Below are positions 13,270 to 26,210 of a stretch of DNA of 64,000 nt, in pieces; positions within the stretch are counted from its first letter, which is position 1, and every line of letters starts with the position of its first letter. Under the pieces are notes generated by a model. That model was given only the letters and a program-made list of their open reading frames with translations, searched no databases and was not told the origin of the DNA. The stretch comes from Mytilus californianus. Taxonomy: Eukaryota. The translations under genes and the position numbers were made by a program. Location of the stretch: contig NW_026262615.1 of assembly GCF_021869535.1 (NCBI RefSeq), forward strand, positions 9,610,001-9,674,000, in the 5' to 3' direction.

Positions 13270-14642
13270 AACTAGTCATAAATGTTCCATAGTTTGGAAA
13301 ACCAGTATAGAATGCAATTGCATCATTGTCATCTTTAATTTTGTCCAAACTGAATCTTTTTTTTTCTCAAAGTATTCCAGTTGCTCTTGCAAATCAGAAA
13401 TTTTTTTGGATGAAATATTTGTTTTCAGTAGTTCAACCGTTTCTTTAATATCTAGACTAGTCAAACTTTTTTTCCAACATTTTCATTGTGAAGCTATAGT
13501 TGTGTTCAGCATGAGGGACTGTAAAGTCAATTTGATCATCCAACCATTCTGTCTATTTGGCTTTTGTATTCAAATGCAAGTTTCATCTTCTTTCTTTGAA
13601 TCAAGCTAAAAATGAAAAAACAAATTATAGGCTCAGTGAAAATAATGAGTGGATTGGGTGCCCCCCCCCCCCCCCCCCCCCCAAAAAAATTGCAAGTTAA
13701 ATTCATGTCCTATTTGTAGAATTATTTGTTTTGTATGCAGCATTTCCTGACAAAAAAAAAACAATCATTATTTACAAAAATGTACTTGTACAGATAATTA
13801 AAAGTTAGTATTTACTTACTAACTTACAGAAAGTTACCAAGTAAATGTACAACTTATTAGTTATTACTTGTAAACATTTATCATTTCTGTGTTCTTTATC
13901 TATTTTGTATCATGTTGATGTTCATTATCGTGATAATAAATAAAAAAAGATGTGATGTGAGTGCCAATGCGACAACTCTCCATCCAAGTCACAATGTATT
14001 TAAAAAAAAAAATTGTTACAATTATAGGTTACTGGTAAAAATACAGCCTTTAACACGGAGCCTTGGCTCACACCGTACATGTATATATCATCTGCTTATA
14101 TTACAGACACTACTATCTAAATTATGTTTAAATTTGTTAAAGTAAAACTTGAAAAAAGAAAAGCTTAAAATTATGTTCATCACCTCATTGTCTTTGATTG
14201 GCTCACACCAGTAAAGGGTTTCAGGTTGTACTTCAGGATCATCTCCAGAATCTGTATTAGTTGGTGTGATCACTTCAAAGGGTAATCTTTTTTTTTGTTG
14301 GAGATTTTCTCTGGACATTAAATTAGCCCAATCAAACACTGTTGGGTCCACATCAGGCTTCAAAGACCATCTCTTTCTTGCAAGTGAGATAGTGATATCT
14401 TCACTTCTGAAATGATTTTCACAAATAACAGTGTTATTATTTAATGAAAAACCATCACGTCCATCATGCCTCTTGATAAGACTACACAACCGGTCTTTTT
14501 TATGCTTGTCAGAAAGAACAGCTTTTGGAATATGGAACAAATGAATTCCTCATGGCACACCATTTTGCAGAAAAGCAAAACTAAAACATCCATAAACACT
14601 ACACTGCTTTCCCCTTGATCTTTTAGTGACTGATGTTGCCAT
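13270..14642 (-). pseudogene. THAP domain + coiled coil + start of HTH_Tnp_4 (transposase N-half); DDE domain missing
   Basis: ATG at 14642: MATSVTKRSRGKQCSVYGCF..P*GIHLFHIPK..VICENHF..LKPDVDPTVF (C2CH THAP; TGA at 14550-14552). The downstream exon has EHNY (13496-13507), a coiled coil and DAIAFYTGFPNYGTF, and stops at about 13270. Confidence 0.8.
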
Positions 14643-15629
14643 GTTTATCTACAATAAAAATGTTTTTTTCTCCTAAATTGTTATACCAAATGTTATAGAG
14701 TAGACAATGTGCATTTATTTCACATTTTTCCTTTATTATATCAACTGCAAGTGCTCTTCTAAACTATAAATAATAAGTATATCAAATATCCCTAGTTTAA
14801 TCAGCAAGTAAGATAGGTCGGAAGAACAAAACATCATGTGCATGATGACTTGAGTTGATACACCCCCCTTTTTTACTTAGTGCCAAATAAACAGTTTATG
14901 CACAAAATGTAAGTAGTCAAACATGAAAGACAAGTGTTACGCACATATTTATACTTTAAAATCATGATTTATTTTCATTATGTTGTCTAATCTGACCGTA
15001 TTTGAATCTCTTTCTTTTTACAAACACACGTTGTTGTACTGCCGAAAAGTAAACAAATGAATGCACGAACGATTTGTCATTCACCGTATTGATTTGTTAG
15101 TTATTTCCAATAAATAAACTTACCAGATAATGCTGAACGTAACTAAAGTCGTTGAAAAATTAGGTTATCTTCTGATTCAGTGCGTTTAAACAGTATGAAA
15201 ATGCAGTATTTTGTTGATTATCGTTGTAGTTGTTTTTACACCCTAAGCCTCGATTTCTACAAACTTCCGGGTGATTATAAACCTCGGAGCAATCTGGAGT
15301 AACCACGATGCGAAAGGGGTCTATTGCCAAGGTTTTAATATTTTAAGGATCATTGATTTTATTACCTTTTGATTATAGGCACGTGCTATCGAACTCAATC
15401 TTTATTGGCAGAAAATATTAGATAACGAATACATTTATTACTATTAGAGGAAGAAGATGACGAAGAATAATTATTTGTTATAGTGCAACTTGAAAAAACA
15501 AATAAATACATATTTTATATTAAGTAAGATTTTTATTAAAATGAAAGAAAAGATTAACGCATTTACAAGGATATATACTCGATGTTGAACTTAAATAAGG
15601 TTATATATAATTTTAACGAAATGTTCTAT

Positions 15630-15840
15630 TATGATCTGGAGGGGGTCCTTCATTTCTGTATTCTTTAATTTTTTATGCCGTTTTTCTCTATTCTTTAAAC
15701 TTTTTGTCTATTATTATCAATTCTTTATATTCAAGCACCTTATTATTTTCTATTCTTTATTTTTTTTTTATCCATTTTCTCTATTTTTTTTATTTATTGC
15801 ACATCATTCTCTAATCTGTAAACCCCCCATCAACAACTTC
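15630..15840 (+). repeat. Short interspersed repeat with internal ttctctattcttta reiterations; second copy at about 19525-19750
   Basis: Direct similarity between the two segments by eye (ttctctattcttta..tattc(a/t)agcacc..ttattttctattc..attctctaatctg). Confidence 0.55.
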
Positions 15841-18539
15841 TTCTTTCCGATGGTATGTTATTTATAGTTTTATTGTCTCGTCACGGTCTAAGTGCAGTTT
15901 TCAGAATACTAGTGCAGACATGGTTCCCTGATGCGGCCTTGGTGACTACGCATCACTACGAAATAAAAAAAAAAAAAAAAAAGACGATTGTCCAAATATA
16001 AAAAGAATAACTCGCACGGAGAATGATTACTAAATGCCACGAAGTAATTATCAAGTTTTAGAGGAAAGTATCGAAAGATAACGAAATTAACGATATCAAT
16101 TATTAGCTGACATAAAACATATTTGTATTTACGTTGATCGTTTCCGATGAAGTTAAATCCAGAAACGTGCTTCAGACGCATGAAATTTATAAGGTGTTTT
16201 CACTCTTTTGTTAATGTTATATTTAAAATTTGCAATTACTTCTTTTTAAAGAATAAGTAGATAAATACATAAATTAACATCAGAAAATAAAAAATAAAAT
16301 AAAATCATAAACAGTTATAGGCGAATAATTTATTTCCTCAACAAAACAAAATTAACAAAAGTTTATATAGATCAATCACTTATCTCTTAAAGAAAGACAA
16401 ACAGAAATTAAAGTCAACCAATGATTTTATGTTTAATTATTAAAAATGTATGTTTTTCATTCTAGCTTTTATATTGTAATTTTTTTGTAATTAAAATGAA
16501 TCATCCACATGAAGGGGCGTAACTCCAAATATCATTCTGACACACTAAACGGATCTTAACCCGATCTGAAAATTTTGAACATTACTTTTTATGCTTGGTC
16601 TGAATTCGTCTAAAACCGTCTTAACATATCTTGTTTAACAGCTAGAGCCTTCTGTCTTGTTTATCCTGACATGAATGAACGGACTGAACACGACATATCG
16701 GAACAGCGTCTGAAAGTCTTAAAAAGTCTTAACGTTTTTCCCTAGCAGTAATTTCAGTCGATTCAGACTTGATCAGACCAAAATGACCGTTTCAGACTGA
16801 AATCTTACTACTAGTGATATTAAAAGATATTATATTTTCATTTGGTTATAGAAGAATATTATGACAGTTATCATTTTTTATAAATTTATAAAAACGAAAC
16901 ACATGTTAAAACAAAAACATATATTATACAATACAGTTGCCAATTATGTCTCTAATGAAAAAAGTATATGTGTTTATTTAATTATTCATCATTTTTTTTT
17001 TTTTTTTTTTTCGATTTCTTTTTATTGACTCTCTGATTACCAAAGGGAAGCAATCCGTATATTATTTTGATGCACTGAACACCACTGGACAACAATTCTA
17101 TCGATGAACTTACATGATCTAAAACGTACTTATTTCTAATGATTCGAACGCAAAGCGTTTTTACTAAATTACCTGAACCAGTACTGATCGATACTTAGTC
17201 GCTCGAGGTAATCAGTGTACTGAACATGTACTGAACAACTGGAAAAGGTCTTGATATTTTTCCTTGCGGTAAATTCAGGCATTTAAGAGTTGTTCAGTTT
17301 AAAATGACCGTTTCAGTAGAATAAAAACAGTTACTAGTGTTGTTTTCGCTTAATCGATTTATGACTATTGAACAGCGGTATACTACTGTTGCCTTTATTT
17401 ACATAGATACATATTAATTTCATGTTTTTTAGACTCCTACCATAAAAAAGAGGCATAAGAATAGAATCCTGCTGTTTTCTTTTTATTATTTTGTTTTTAA
17501 TTCGATTTTTTAGATGTGAAAGAATATTCTTGTAATTATCTTATTCAAATTAAATAAAAGGAATAATGATTTGTGGACAATAATGCAATTCAGACTTCGC
17601 GGTTAGTTTGCAACAATGACTTTTTCCTCCTCTTTGACATCACTTGAATGAAACTTTTAACATGATTTGCTCTTTTTATAATCAACGCTACGGGTGCAAC
17701 ATTCCCTTCTAAAACACCAGACTACTGCAGTTTCGTGATATTCGTGTTGCCCAATCTTTGGATTTCTATGTTCTTTTGGTAATATAATGTCTTCAGGTTT
17801 CCATACAATTATGAACATGATATAAACTGCATCTCGTATAGTTTATGCCATTGCCAAATTGAAATAATGATTTATATCCAATTACTCCATAATATCTTAT
17901 GTCAAATTTGATTATTTATTTAATACACATTTTTAATGCAACAGCTCTTATTCATTTTTTTACCGATACTGTCAGAGATTAATTTTTTAGACAAACTACC
18001 TTTATGTTATATCAAACTAATTTTATACTCTCAGTGTTTGTGTCTTCCTAATAACAATGAATCTTAATTACACACAATTGCCATATATGGCAATAACTTT
18101 TTGGTTAATTAATATATACGTTGACTACTGAGATAATATTCAACTGATTGTCTAAATATTTTCATCCTTAAACTAGATTATTTTAGTGTAGAACATAGCA
18201 TTTAATTGTCTGAAGGTATTGTACATTAAAAGTATTTACCCTCCGACCATTGCACTCTTTTAAATTTCAAAGTGGTTGTTGAATGATTCTTAAAATTTTA
18301 TTGAAAAAAAACATGAAGATGAATTTGTGAACCAGTCAAGGACCACATCTCTTGATGACCAAAGTGAAAATTGTCAATATGAAAATTGAATGTCAATTAA
18401 ATATATAATACCAAATTGGGAGAGTATCGTATGACTAGTTCTCAAGATACTGCACGTAAATTTATTTACCCTCTGCCTGTTGTACTACCTAAATTAGTGT
18501 CTTTTTGTTGTTTGGGATGAGGAATGGATAAATACCCTA

Positions 18540-18965
18540 CCACGTCCTGTCTATGTTTTTCTTTGTATCGATCTGATGATTTTAGCCTTTTTCAACTGAA
18601 TATTATACTTTGTTCTTATGTCGTGCAATTACACTACTGTCCCAGATTAGAGGGAGGGTTGAGCGACCACAAACATGTTACATCCTGCCACATTCTTCAT
18701 GTGCCTAACCCAAGTCAGGAGCCTGTAGTTCAGTGGTTGTCTTTTGTTTTTCGTAAATTGTTTTGTTATAAATTAAGCCATTAGTTTTTTTTTTAATTTG
18801 GTTGTTTCATATTTTTCAAGTCGGGACCTTTAATAGCCGTCTATACGGTAAGGATTTTTCTCATTGTTGAAAGCCGTACGGTTGTCAATAATTGCTTACA
18901 TCCACTACATTTTAACTTGGTGGAAAGTTGTCTCATTGGCAATCATAACACATCTCCTTATTTTT
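18540..18965 (-). repeat. Repeat family A copy (longer)
   Basis: cccaagtcaggagcctgtagttcagtggttgtc...gttgtctcattggcaatcataacacatctcc matches 45780-46250 and 33775-34030. Confidence 0.75.
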
Positions 18966-21029
18966 ATACAATAAATATGAAAAGTGAAGTACTGTACAAG
19001 CCGGAAAGTAAATACTTGTACGGAAATCACTTATTATAATCTAACGAAAACACACCTTGTAATCATTTACGATATTCATATCGAATGTAATTTTACATCA
19101 TTTCGGCCATTTTTTTTTTCTTCAAATTTTCAACTATTGATAAATATACTGTGGCTGTTTATTGATACATGAATGGACAGTTACACTCATATATCTATAT
19201 TTAACTTTCTTTTACATTAGAAGTAAAGTAACAGAGGAAATATGTATCACTGTGGTGCAGTGTCCCTCAATAGTAAATAAATACAAACGATATTTGTGTG
19301 TAAGATAGTAGTGTACACATAACACAACTTAGGTCATGAAAAGGAAGTTTTATTATCCCTATACTGATTCGAAATAAAACGTGAGAAAATACAAACGATA
19401 TACTTAACATATTCTATTTGATTATAAATGGAATATTATGTACAAAAAATGTAAATAAGATCATATTCAAATATATTAAGCTTAGATTTTTTTCATAGTA
19501 TGTACGTTTATAAGTCATATGAAGGGCATGACGGGTGTGCTTCAATTCAGTATTCTTTAAATTCATCAGCCATTTTTCTTTTTATTCATAAAGATTGTCC
19601 ATTATTCTCTATTCTTTATATTCTAGCACCCCGTTATTTTCTATTCAATATTTTTTGGCCTATTTTTCTCTATTCTTTATATTTCGTGCCCTTTATTCTG
19701 CACTTTTTGCCCATTATTCTCTATTCTGCAAATCCCATCCATACCCTCTCATATGCTGCATGAATGTTGGAATATGGCACCTTCCGAAAACAAATGTTAT
19801 TGCTGCATGAGTTATGTTCGATATTTCTTTTCAATTTGATACGCCTTTAGAGTTCCTGTATTCATTATTAAGATTGGTTTTTCAGGCCAATAGTTAAAAA
19901 ATATATATATTATAACTACAAAATAACACTTACCTTATATTTTTAACCAAGAAGTCAACTGTTTTAACGAACGATTAATTCATTTCCGTTTTTAAAATGA
20001 ACAGAAACACATGACTAAATTGACGTAATAACATTAACAAGGGGAATGTACAAGAAAATGCATGAATGCAGAAATAAAGAATAATGTCATTTTTATTTTT
20101 GATACTGACTTTATCAGCAAGAATATCAAGTGAGCCATTATCCTTTTAATCGGCAATTTGGTCTTAACAATATGTTGAAGTAGTAAATAAAATCATTTTT
20201 GAGCGTAGAAAAAGTTGTGATAGTAATTCGGTTGTATGAATGAAGTCACGTGCATTCCATTGACAAATTGGTTCGGATGGACATGACTCGTGACGTTGAT
20301 GCACTGCTAGGTGACGACATTGTCTAATATTTTAAAGAAACAGGTCCTGTTCATGATACAGAGAAATATTAGGCCGTAAGATCAAAGGGACAAAATACAA
20401 ACTGCCGATAAAGTCGTCTATTAGAATTTAAACATTATTATTGTTCAATGGTAATTGACATTTGATTGGCGAATTACTTTAACTTAACACTGTTAAGGGG
20501 TGTTATTAACAACAATATCGGCAATGAAATATTCTAAACGTTTAAAAACAATCAAAATTAGACGATGATTACAAATAAGGGCGTAGCATATTAAATGAGC
20601 GATATAGAAAACATTATCAGGATTTGATTATATTGAAAGAAAAAACGGAAAAGATATATCTTTGCACAGATCGTATAAATTGGGAATTTTAGTTGATTTT
20701 GGGACATAATCTTTGACGTGGAACGAATCTGTAACAATAGCCACTTAATAGGACTAGTCAGATATGTAACATGACTAAATAAAAACTACTTGTTGACTGA
20801 CTACTTATAAAAGAGAGCCGAAAGATACCAGTGGGGCATTCAAACTCATGAATAAAAAAAAACTGAGTACACAATGGTAAATGAAAAAGACAAAATAACA
20901 GTATAAGTGGTAAAATGAAAAGAACAATTATTCTGACTTCCTTAAGCTAGGCTTTAGTGCATGCGTAGTATTTTGAGGTTAATTGATTGTCTCATTCTCG
21001 TTTTTCTTTTGGCCACGGTGTTGTTTCTA

Positions 21030-22880
21030 TTTGAGGCTTTCTATCCTTCCAGTATATTGTGTTCGTTTTACGCATTTTGCAGGCTGTAAAATGTCTATCA
21101 TCTCTTCGCGTTGTTCCTGCAGAGAAAGCTTCAAATAATATTGTCTTTGTATGTAAATTGTACTACTACGAGTGTCTTGTAAAAGAATTAGGAATAAATG
21201 AGCACTCAGGTAATTCCACATACAAAAACATATCATTTGACAAGGATGAGATTTTGGCGAATCATAAGTCCTTCATGGCTTCAATGAACATTACATTGAA
21301 CAGCAAATCGGAGGACTTGACTTGTTTGTATTTGATACCTAAGCTTTACAAAATTCCGAACAAACAACGATACATTGCCGGCTCAAATGCATGTCCGACG
21401 AAAGAATCGTCCATTAGATTGACAAAGTTCTATCCGCAGTGAAAGAGGTCTTCAGAAATACTGTGAAACTATTTACTCGTGTATTGGTATTATAATTTTG
21501 ATTTTCAACCCTGTATACATCGTTCTCCATGTGAAATTGCAAAATCATCTAAAATAAATAGTCCACAATGCTTTTTAACATAAAATGGTAGTATACGCTA
21601 TAAAAAAACTTCTTTGGGATACCATACGGCATATTTTATTAAAAGTGAACAAAAAGGTAAAACATGCTACACAGAAGAACAAGTGATCAGTATATATTTG
21701 TTGAATTTGAAGGTAGACTTTTTCAACAAATTGTCGGCATTCCTATCGGAACTTGCTGTGCACCTCTTCTTGCCAACCTCTTCTTATTTTCATATCAATC
21801 GGAGTTCCTTCAGACACTTGTCAGAAACAAGAAGATCATTTAATTTCACATTCAGATATATTGATGATGTTCTTTCTATTAACAATCCAAAATTTTCTAA
21901 TTGGGTTCTATTAATATATGCTCAGAACTAGAAATTAAAGAAACAACAGACACGGCTTCCTCCGCCACATTTGAGACCTATACCTCGAATTTGACATAAG
22001 CGATCATCTCAATGCCAGCATCTATGACAAACGAGACGGTTTTAATCTTGAAATTATCAATTCCCCCACCATAGTAGCAATAATAACTTCACCTGCATAT
22101 GGGATATATATTTCCCAACTTATTCGGTATTCAAGAGCTTGCAGCTGCTACTTAGACTTTGTTAAACGTCACCAGTGTATCAGCAGAAAGTTGATGAACC
22201 ATGGGTATGTCAAAGAAAGTCTCGTCTTTTTTAAAAAAAAGTTCATCGGAAGGTATTAAGACCTTGTTGATAAATATTCCGTATCAACTTCACAAGTATA
22301 GATTTGGGGTACTGACGTTTTTTATCATCTTAGTAACGTGTTATAGTATTCTTTTATTTGTCAGTGTGAATATTACTGTTTACTGTTTAGTCTATTTTTG
22401 GTAATATCCGTTGACGTGGCTCGGTACTTGTACATCTCGTCATTGTGTTATCGTGCTATGGTAAATTTTTGTATTCTTATCTTTCATTTTTGCTGATGTG
22501 CTATGTTTGTATGCATTTTTGTGTTTCTTTGTTGACATATTTTTTTTGTTTTCATAGTGATTAAGATTATAACAAAATGTTGACTGCTGTGCCCTTTTTT
22601 TACGTTTCTACCTATTATGTCTGTTTGTTTTTGCTAACATATTGTTGTCAAAATAATGGAATTCTATGCGACTGTCATACAAATGAGAGGTTTAGCTAGT
22701 TATAAAACCAGGTTTAATCCACCATTTTCTACATAAGAAAATGTCTGTTATAAGTCAGGAATATGACAATTGTTATCAATTCCTTTAATGAGTTTGAGCT
22801 TTTGATTTTGCCATTTGATAAGGGACTTTCCGTTTTGAATTTTCCTCCTAGTTTCGGTTTTTTTTATTATTTTACTTTTG
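21030..22880 (+). mobile_element. Decayed Penelope-like (Naiad-type) retroelement: RT fragments followed by its 3' terminal region (repeat family B)
   Basis: VVPAEKASNNIVFVCKLYY..LIPKLYKIPNKQRYIAGS (21059-21442); FNFTFRYIDDVLSINN (21614-21931); YDKRDGFNLEIIN..SPAYGIYISQLIRYSRAC; then continuous into the aagtcaggaatatgac family-B sequence. Confidence 0.8.
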
Positions 22881-24407
22881 ACCAGAACAACAGAGCGAAA
22901 CAAATCTTTTTATTGAATTCGTTTAAGCAGTAACTTATAAATGAATGTAATTAACGAAGAAGTATGCAGCACACTTGAATTTCTGAAGATTCAAGTTATC
23001 TCAAAACAGTTTCTAAAAGTTTTTTAGGTTGATAAAAAAGTAATAGTTTAATATAAAAGCTATTATAGGAAATTGCACCGCTTATTAGCGCAGTCCATGA
23101 TCAGAAACTCACTATCCTCTTACCATGAAGTTGGTTCAGATCAAGACGTTTCATTTAGTATCTGTCTTCGCTGTGAATTAATCAGCTATCTTATAGAAAA
23201 TCTTAAATGCGAAAAGAAATATGATTTACGTGTTCAAAATAGCAAGCGTATCACGAAGTCGTTCTTGTTTAAAATTAACCCTGAACGTTGGATATGTTGT
23301 GATAATCAGAACAGTAAACGGTTTACGAATTACTTCTTTTTTAAGCAGAAACAAATAAAATAACATTGGTGTCATAGCTCTTATAAGTAGTACTATCTAT
23401 TAATGAATTTCAAACAAACTTAAGCACTCGAACACCTTCACTGTAATTTTTATAAGGCTAAGTCAAGATATGAAACAAACCGAATTGCATGTGTATTATA
23501 ATTCCTTTTAAGTTTGAGACGACAAATTCTTTCAACTTTGATGTTATTATTGAAGTAGTCAATGTATAAAACATAACGTGAGGTTATTTGTTATTGTAAA
23601 ACTAACTAGCATTTCTTAGTGGATATAATGTGAATGATTAAATAGATGGTGCAAAAATTATTTCACATTGAAAACATGTGATAAAAATATCAATGAAATA
23701 TCAAAAGTAGCATATTTTATTGTGTTGATTCCAAAACCATTCGGCCTTACCAATTTTCAAAAGATATATCTTTTAAGCAGACATCCAAATAGGGATTTCT
23801 AACCAATCAAATTACTACCTTCTGTCTTCTGTCGAAAAAGGGCCACGAGAGCTAATCTACCTCTAAAATTAGTTCAACTGGCATAGCTAATTCATAAAAA
23901 AGAACTCAAAGTTGGTTCATTGAAAAAAAACTGTTCCATTTTACATATGATATTGACAATATGAAAATAAGAATAAGTGGTATGATAGAGAATGCGACAA
24001 CTATCCACAATAGCACAAGGACCGAAAATATAAACATCAATTCACTGTTTATTTTCCAATGATTGGTATTAACCTATGTTGTATAAACACGATAACATGC
24101 ATCTAAATAGCAAAGTATCAAACAATTAATAACAGAACAACTGAACTAAACGTATAACAAAGCTTGATTAAAGAACAATAACAATAATGCAATTAAAAAG
24201 GCGTGTTTGCTCATGCTTAATGCAATTTTAAAAAGTTTAACAAATGTTTAAGATTAATTTTATGAGTTTATTTAGTAAACTACAGGCAATTCATTCTTTC
24301 TGAATTGACGCTTCAAAATATTCATACAGTAAAATTTGTATGTTATGAATTGTACATGCATATATCATCAGAAAATATAAACTTGTATACAAAAAAAGTC
24401 ATACTAT

Positions 24408-24800
24408 TCTGTCATCGGACTCGGTTTCCTTTCAACTGATTTTTACTGTGCGAATTGCTGTGTGTTTGTTTATTCTACATTGGCAAGAGGTATAGGTGGA
24501 GATCTCACAAAACATGTTTAACCCCGCTGCATTTTTGCGCATGCCTCAAGTCAGGATCCTCTGGCCTTTGTTAGTCTTGTATGTTTTCTTTTAATTTTAG
24601 TTCATTTATATCTTTCGGAGTTTAGTATGACGTCCTTTTTCACTGAACTAGAACATGTTTTGTTGAGGGACCAGCTGAAGCCCGGCTTCGGGTGCTGGAT
24701 TTTTTCGCTGTGTTGAAGACCCATTGGCGGCCTTGAGATTTTTCTGATCTTTGGTTGGGTTGTTGTGTCTTTTAACATTTCCCATTTCCATTCTCAATTT
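24408..24800 (+). repeat. PLE 3'-terminal fragment (same family as 1-690; a further piece at about 9300-9440 on the opposite strand)
   Basis: Reverse complement of window bases 1-170; ends in cccatttccattctcaatttt, which mirrors aaattaagaatggaaatgggg at 9300. Confidence 0.75.
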
Positions 24801-25029
24801 TATAAGATTAGATTTTCCGTTGACTTTATTGTCCTCCTTGGTCCTTTGGGAAAATGTGTGCAAAACACCATTTTCTGTATAGATGTCATGAGCATCATGA
24901 AAATATATCCCAATGAAGTTTCTACAATATATACTTGACACTACTTTAGAATGGGAAGGGATTTGCTTCACATAAGAATATGAATGTGGTTTTTAATTTG
25001 ATAGATGCTTTTGTGCTTTTTTTGTAAAT

Positions 25030-25680
25030 AATTGTTTGTTTTGATATCGTAACACAGTGATGACTGCTGTACCCATATTTTGACTATTTTATTTATAATG
25101 TCTGTTTTATTCACGCATCGTTGTAAATATAACGGAATTTGACGAGACTGTCGTACAAGTGAGAGGTTTAGCGTTATAAAACCAGGTTCAATCCACCATT
25201 TTCTACATTTAAAAATGCCTGTACCAAGTCAGGAATATGACAGTTGTTGTCCATTCGTTTGATGTGTTTTTTGTCATTTGATTTTGCCATGTGAGTAGGG
25301 ACTTTCCGATTGAATTTTCCTCGGAGTTCGGTATTTTTTGTGATTTTACTTTTTTTTATACAAAGTAAAATAACAAAAACAAAAAAAAATAACTCTAAGG
25401 AATATTCAAAACGGAAAGTCCTTTATCAAATAGCAAGATCAAAAAATTAAACGAATGGAAATTAACTGTCATATTCCTGAGTTGGTACAGGCATTTCCTT
25501 ATGTAGAAAATAGTGGATTTTATAGTTAGCTTAACATCTCACTTGTATAACAGTCATATAGAATTCCATTATATTGACAACAATGTGTGAGCCAAACAGG
25601 TAGTCAACATTGTGTTATCATATTAATCACTATGAAAACAAATAACTATTCCAACAAAGAAAAACAAAATGCCATTTAGA
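25030..25680. repeat. Tail-to-tail inverted pair of family B (about 320-bp imperfect arms, centre about 25358)
   Basis: gtaccaagtcaggaatatgacagttg (25221) mirrored by aactgtcatattcctgagttggtac (25464); the ends meet at tttacttttttttata / caaagtaaaataac. Confidence 0.8.
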
Positions 25681-25853
25681 CATACTATAGACAAAGAACA
25701 CAAAGCAAAAATGAAAGGCAAGAATACAAAAATGACCATAGCACAATAACACAATGGAGGGATGTATTAATACCTAGCCACGCCAAAAGTATATAACAAA
25801 AATGGACTAAACAGTTAAGGTTAGAAATATTATTATTAGAAATAAATCAATTT

Positions 25854-25859
25854 TTTATT
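25854..25859 (-). terminator. Candidate polyadenylation signal (AATAAA) of the triple-MLLE module
   Basis: AATAAA on the minus strand about 270 nt after the TAA at 26133; a similar signal lies at 60287-60292 behind the second module. Confidence 0.35.
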
Positions 25860-26132
25860 GATTGTGCAGTGTTGATACGTGAACAATTGTTGACATAATT
25901 GCAATGTAAATAATGTAACATTGTAGATATAAAAGTAATTTCGGCAAGTATGCATGGTCAACAGGTCAGCTGAGGTCATTTGCGAGTAAAGTTTAGTTTT
26001 ATACTTAGAGCATTATCTGAATATTTTAATAACTGATTGTAGTGTTAATGCATGTAATCATAGAAACAAACATAAATTGTCAAATCATCAAATCTTAGAA
26101 TCTACTCCAACTTGGTTTCCATGGCACCCTTC

Positions 26133-26210
26133 TTATCGTGATGCCTCTGTGGAAGATGTTGCACTTTCTTTGGCTTGATGAGCTTGCAGTACAGCAACGG
26201 CTTCTTGTAC
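26133..26210 (-). CDS. Terminal MLLE helix-5 exon, [25 protein letters not shown]
   Basis: tgttacag acceptor; homologous to PABP exon 11 (42961-43035) including the following 3'UTR. Confidence 0.88.
   Translation of the reverse strand, partial: VQEAVAVLQAHQAKESATSSTEASR

Larger units (their letters stand above)
11047..15322. mobile_element. ISL2EU-type (PHIS superfamily) DNA transposon, internally deleted and non-autonomous
   Basis: Convergent YqaJ/SWIM gene (+) and THAP/HTH transposase 5' half (-). Imperfect TIRs AGGCGACTTTC and AGACCCCTTTC (reverse complement of the right end), each flanked by AT, the TSD described for ISL2EU. Boundaries are less certain than the gene content. Confidence 0.7.

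Noticed and set aside
13661-13682. C22 run as a functional G-quadruplex element
   Set aside because: Isolated homopolymer in a dead transposon intron; length is unreliable in assemblies and nothing else supports a function.
16543-16816. Second small CACTA-like element (cacta...tagtg), with a related end near 17339
   Set aside because: Flanks aca/ata do not match as a TSD and the arms are barely complementary; not supportable.
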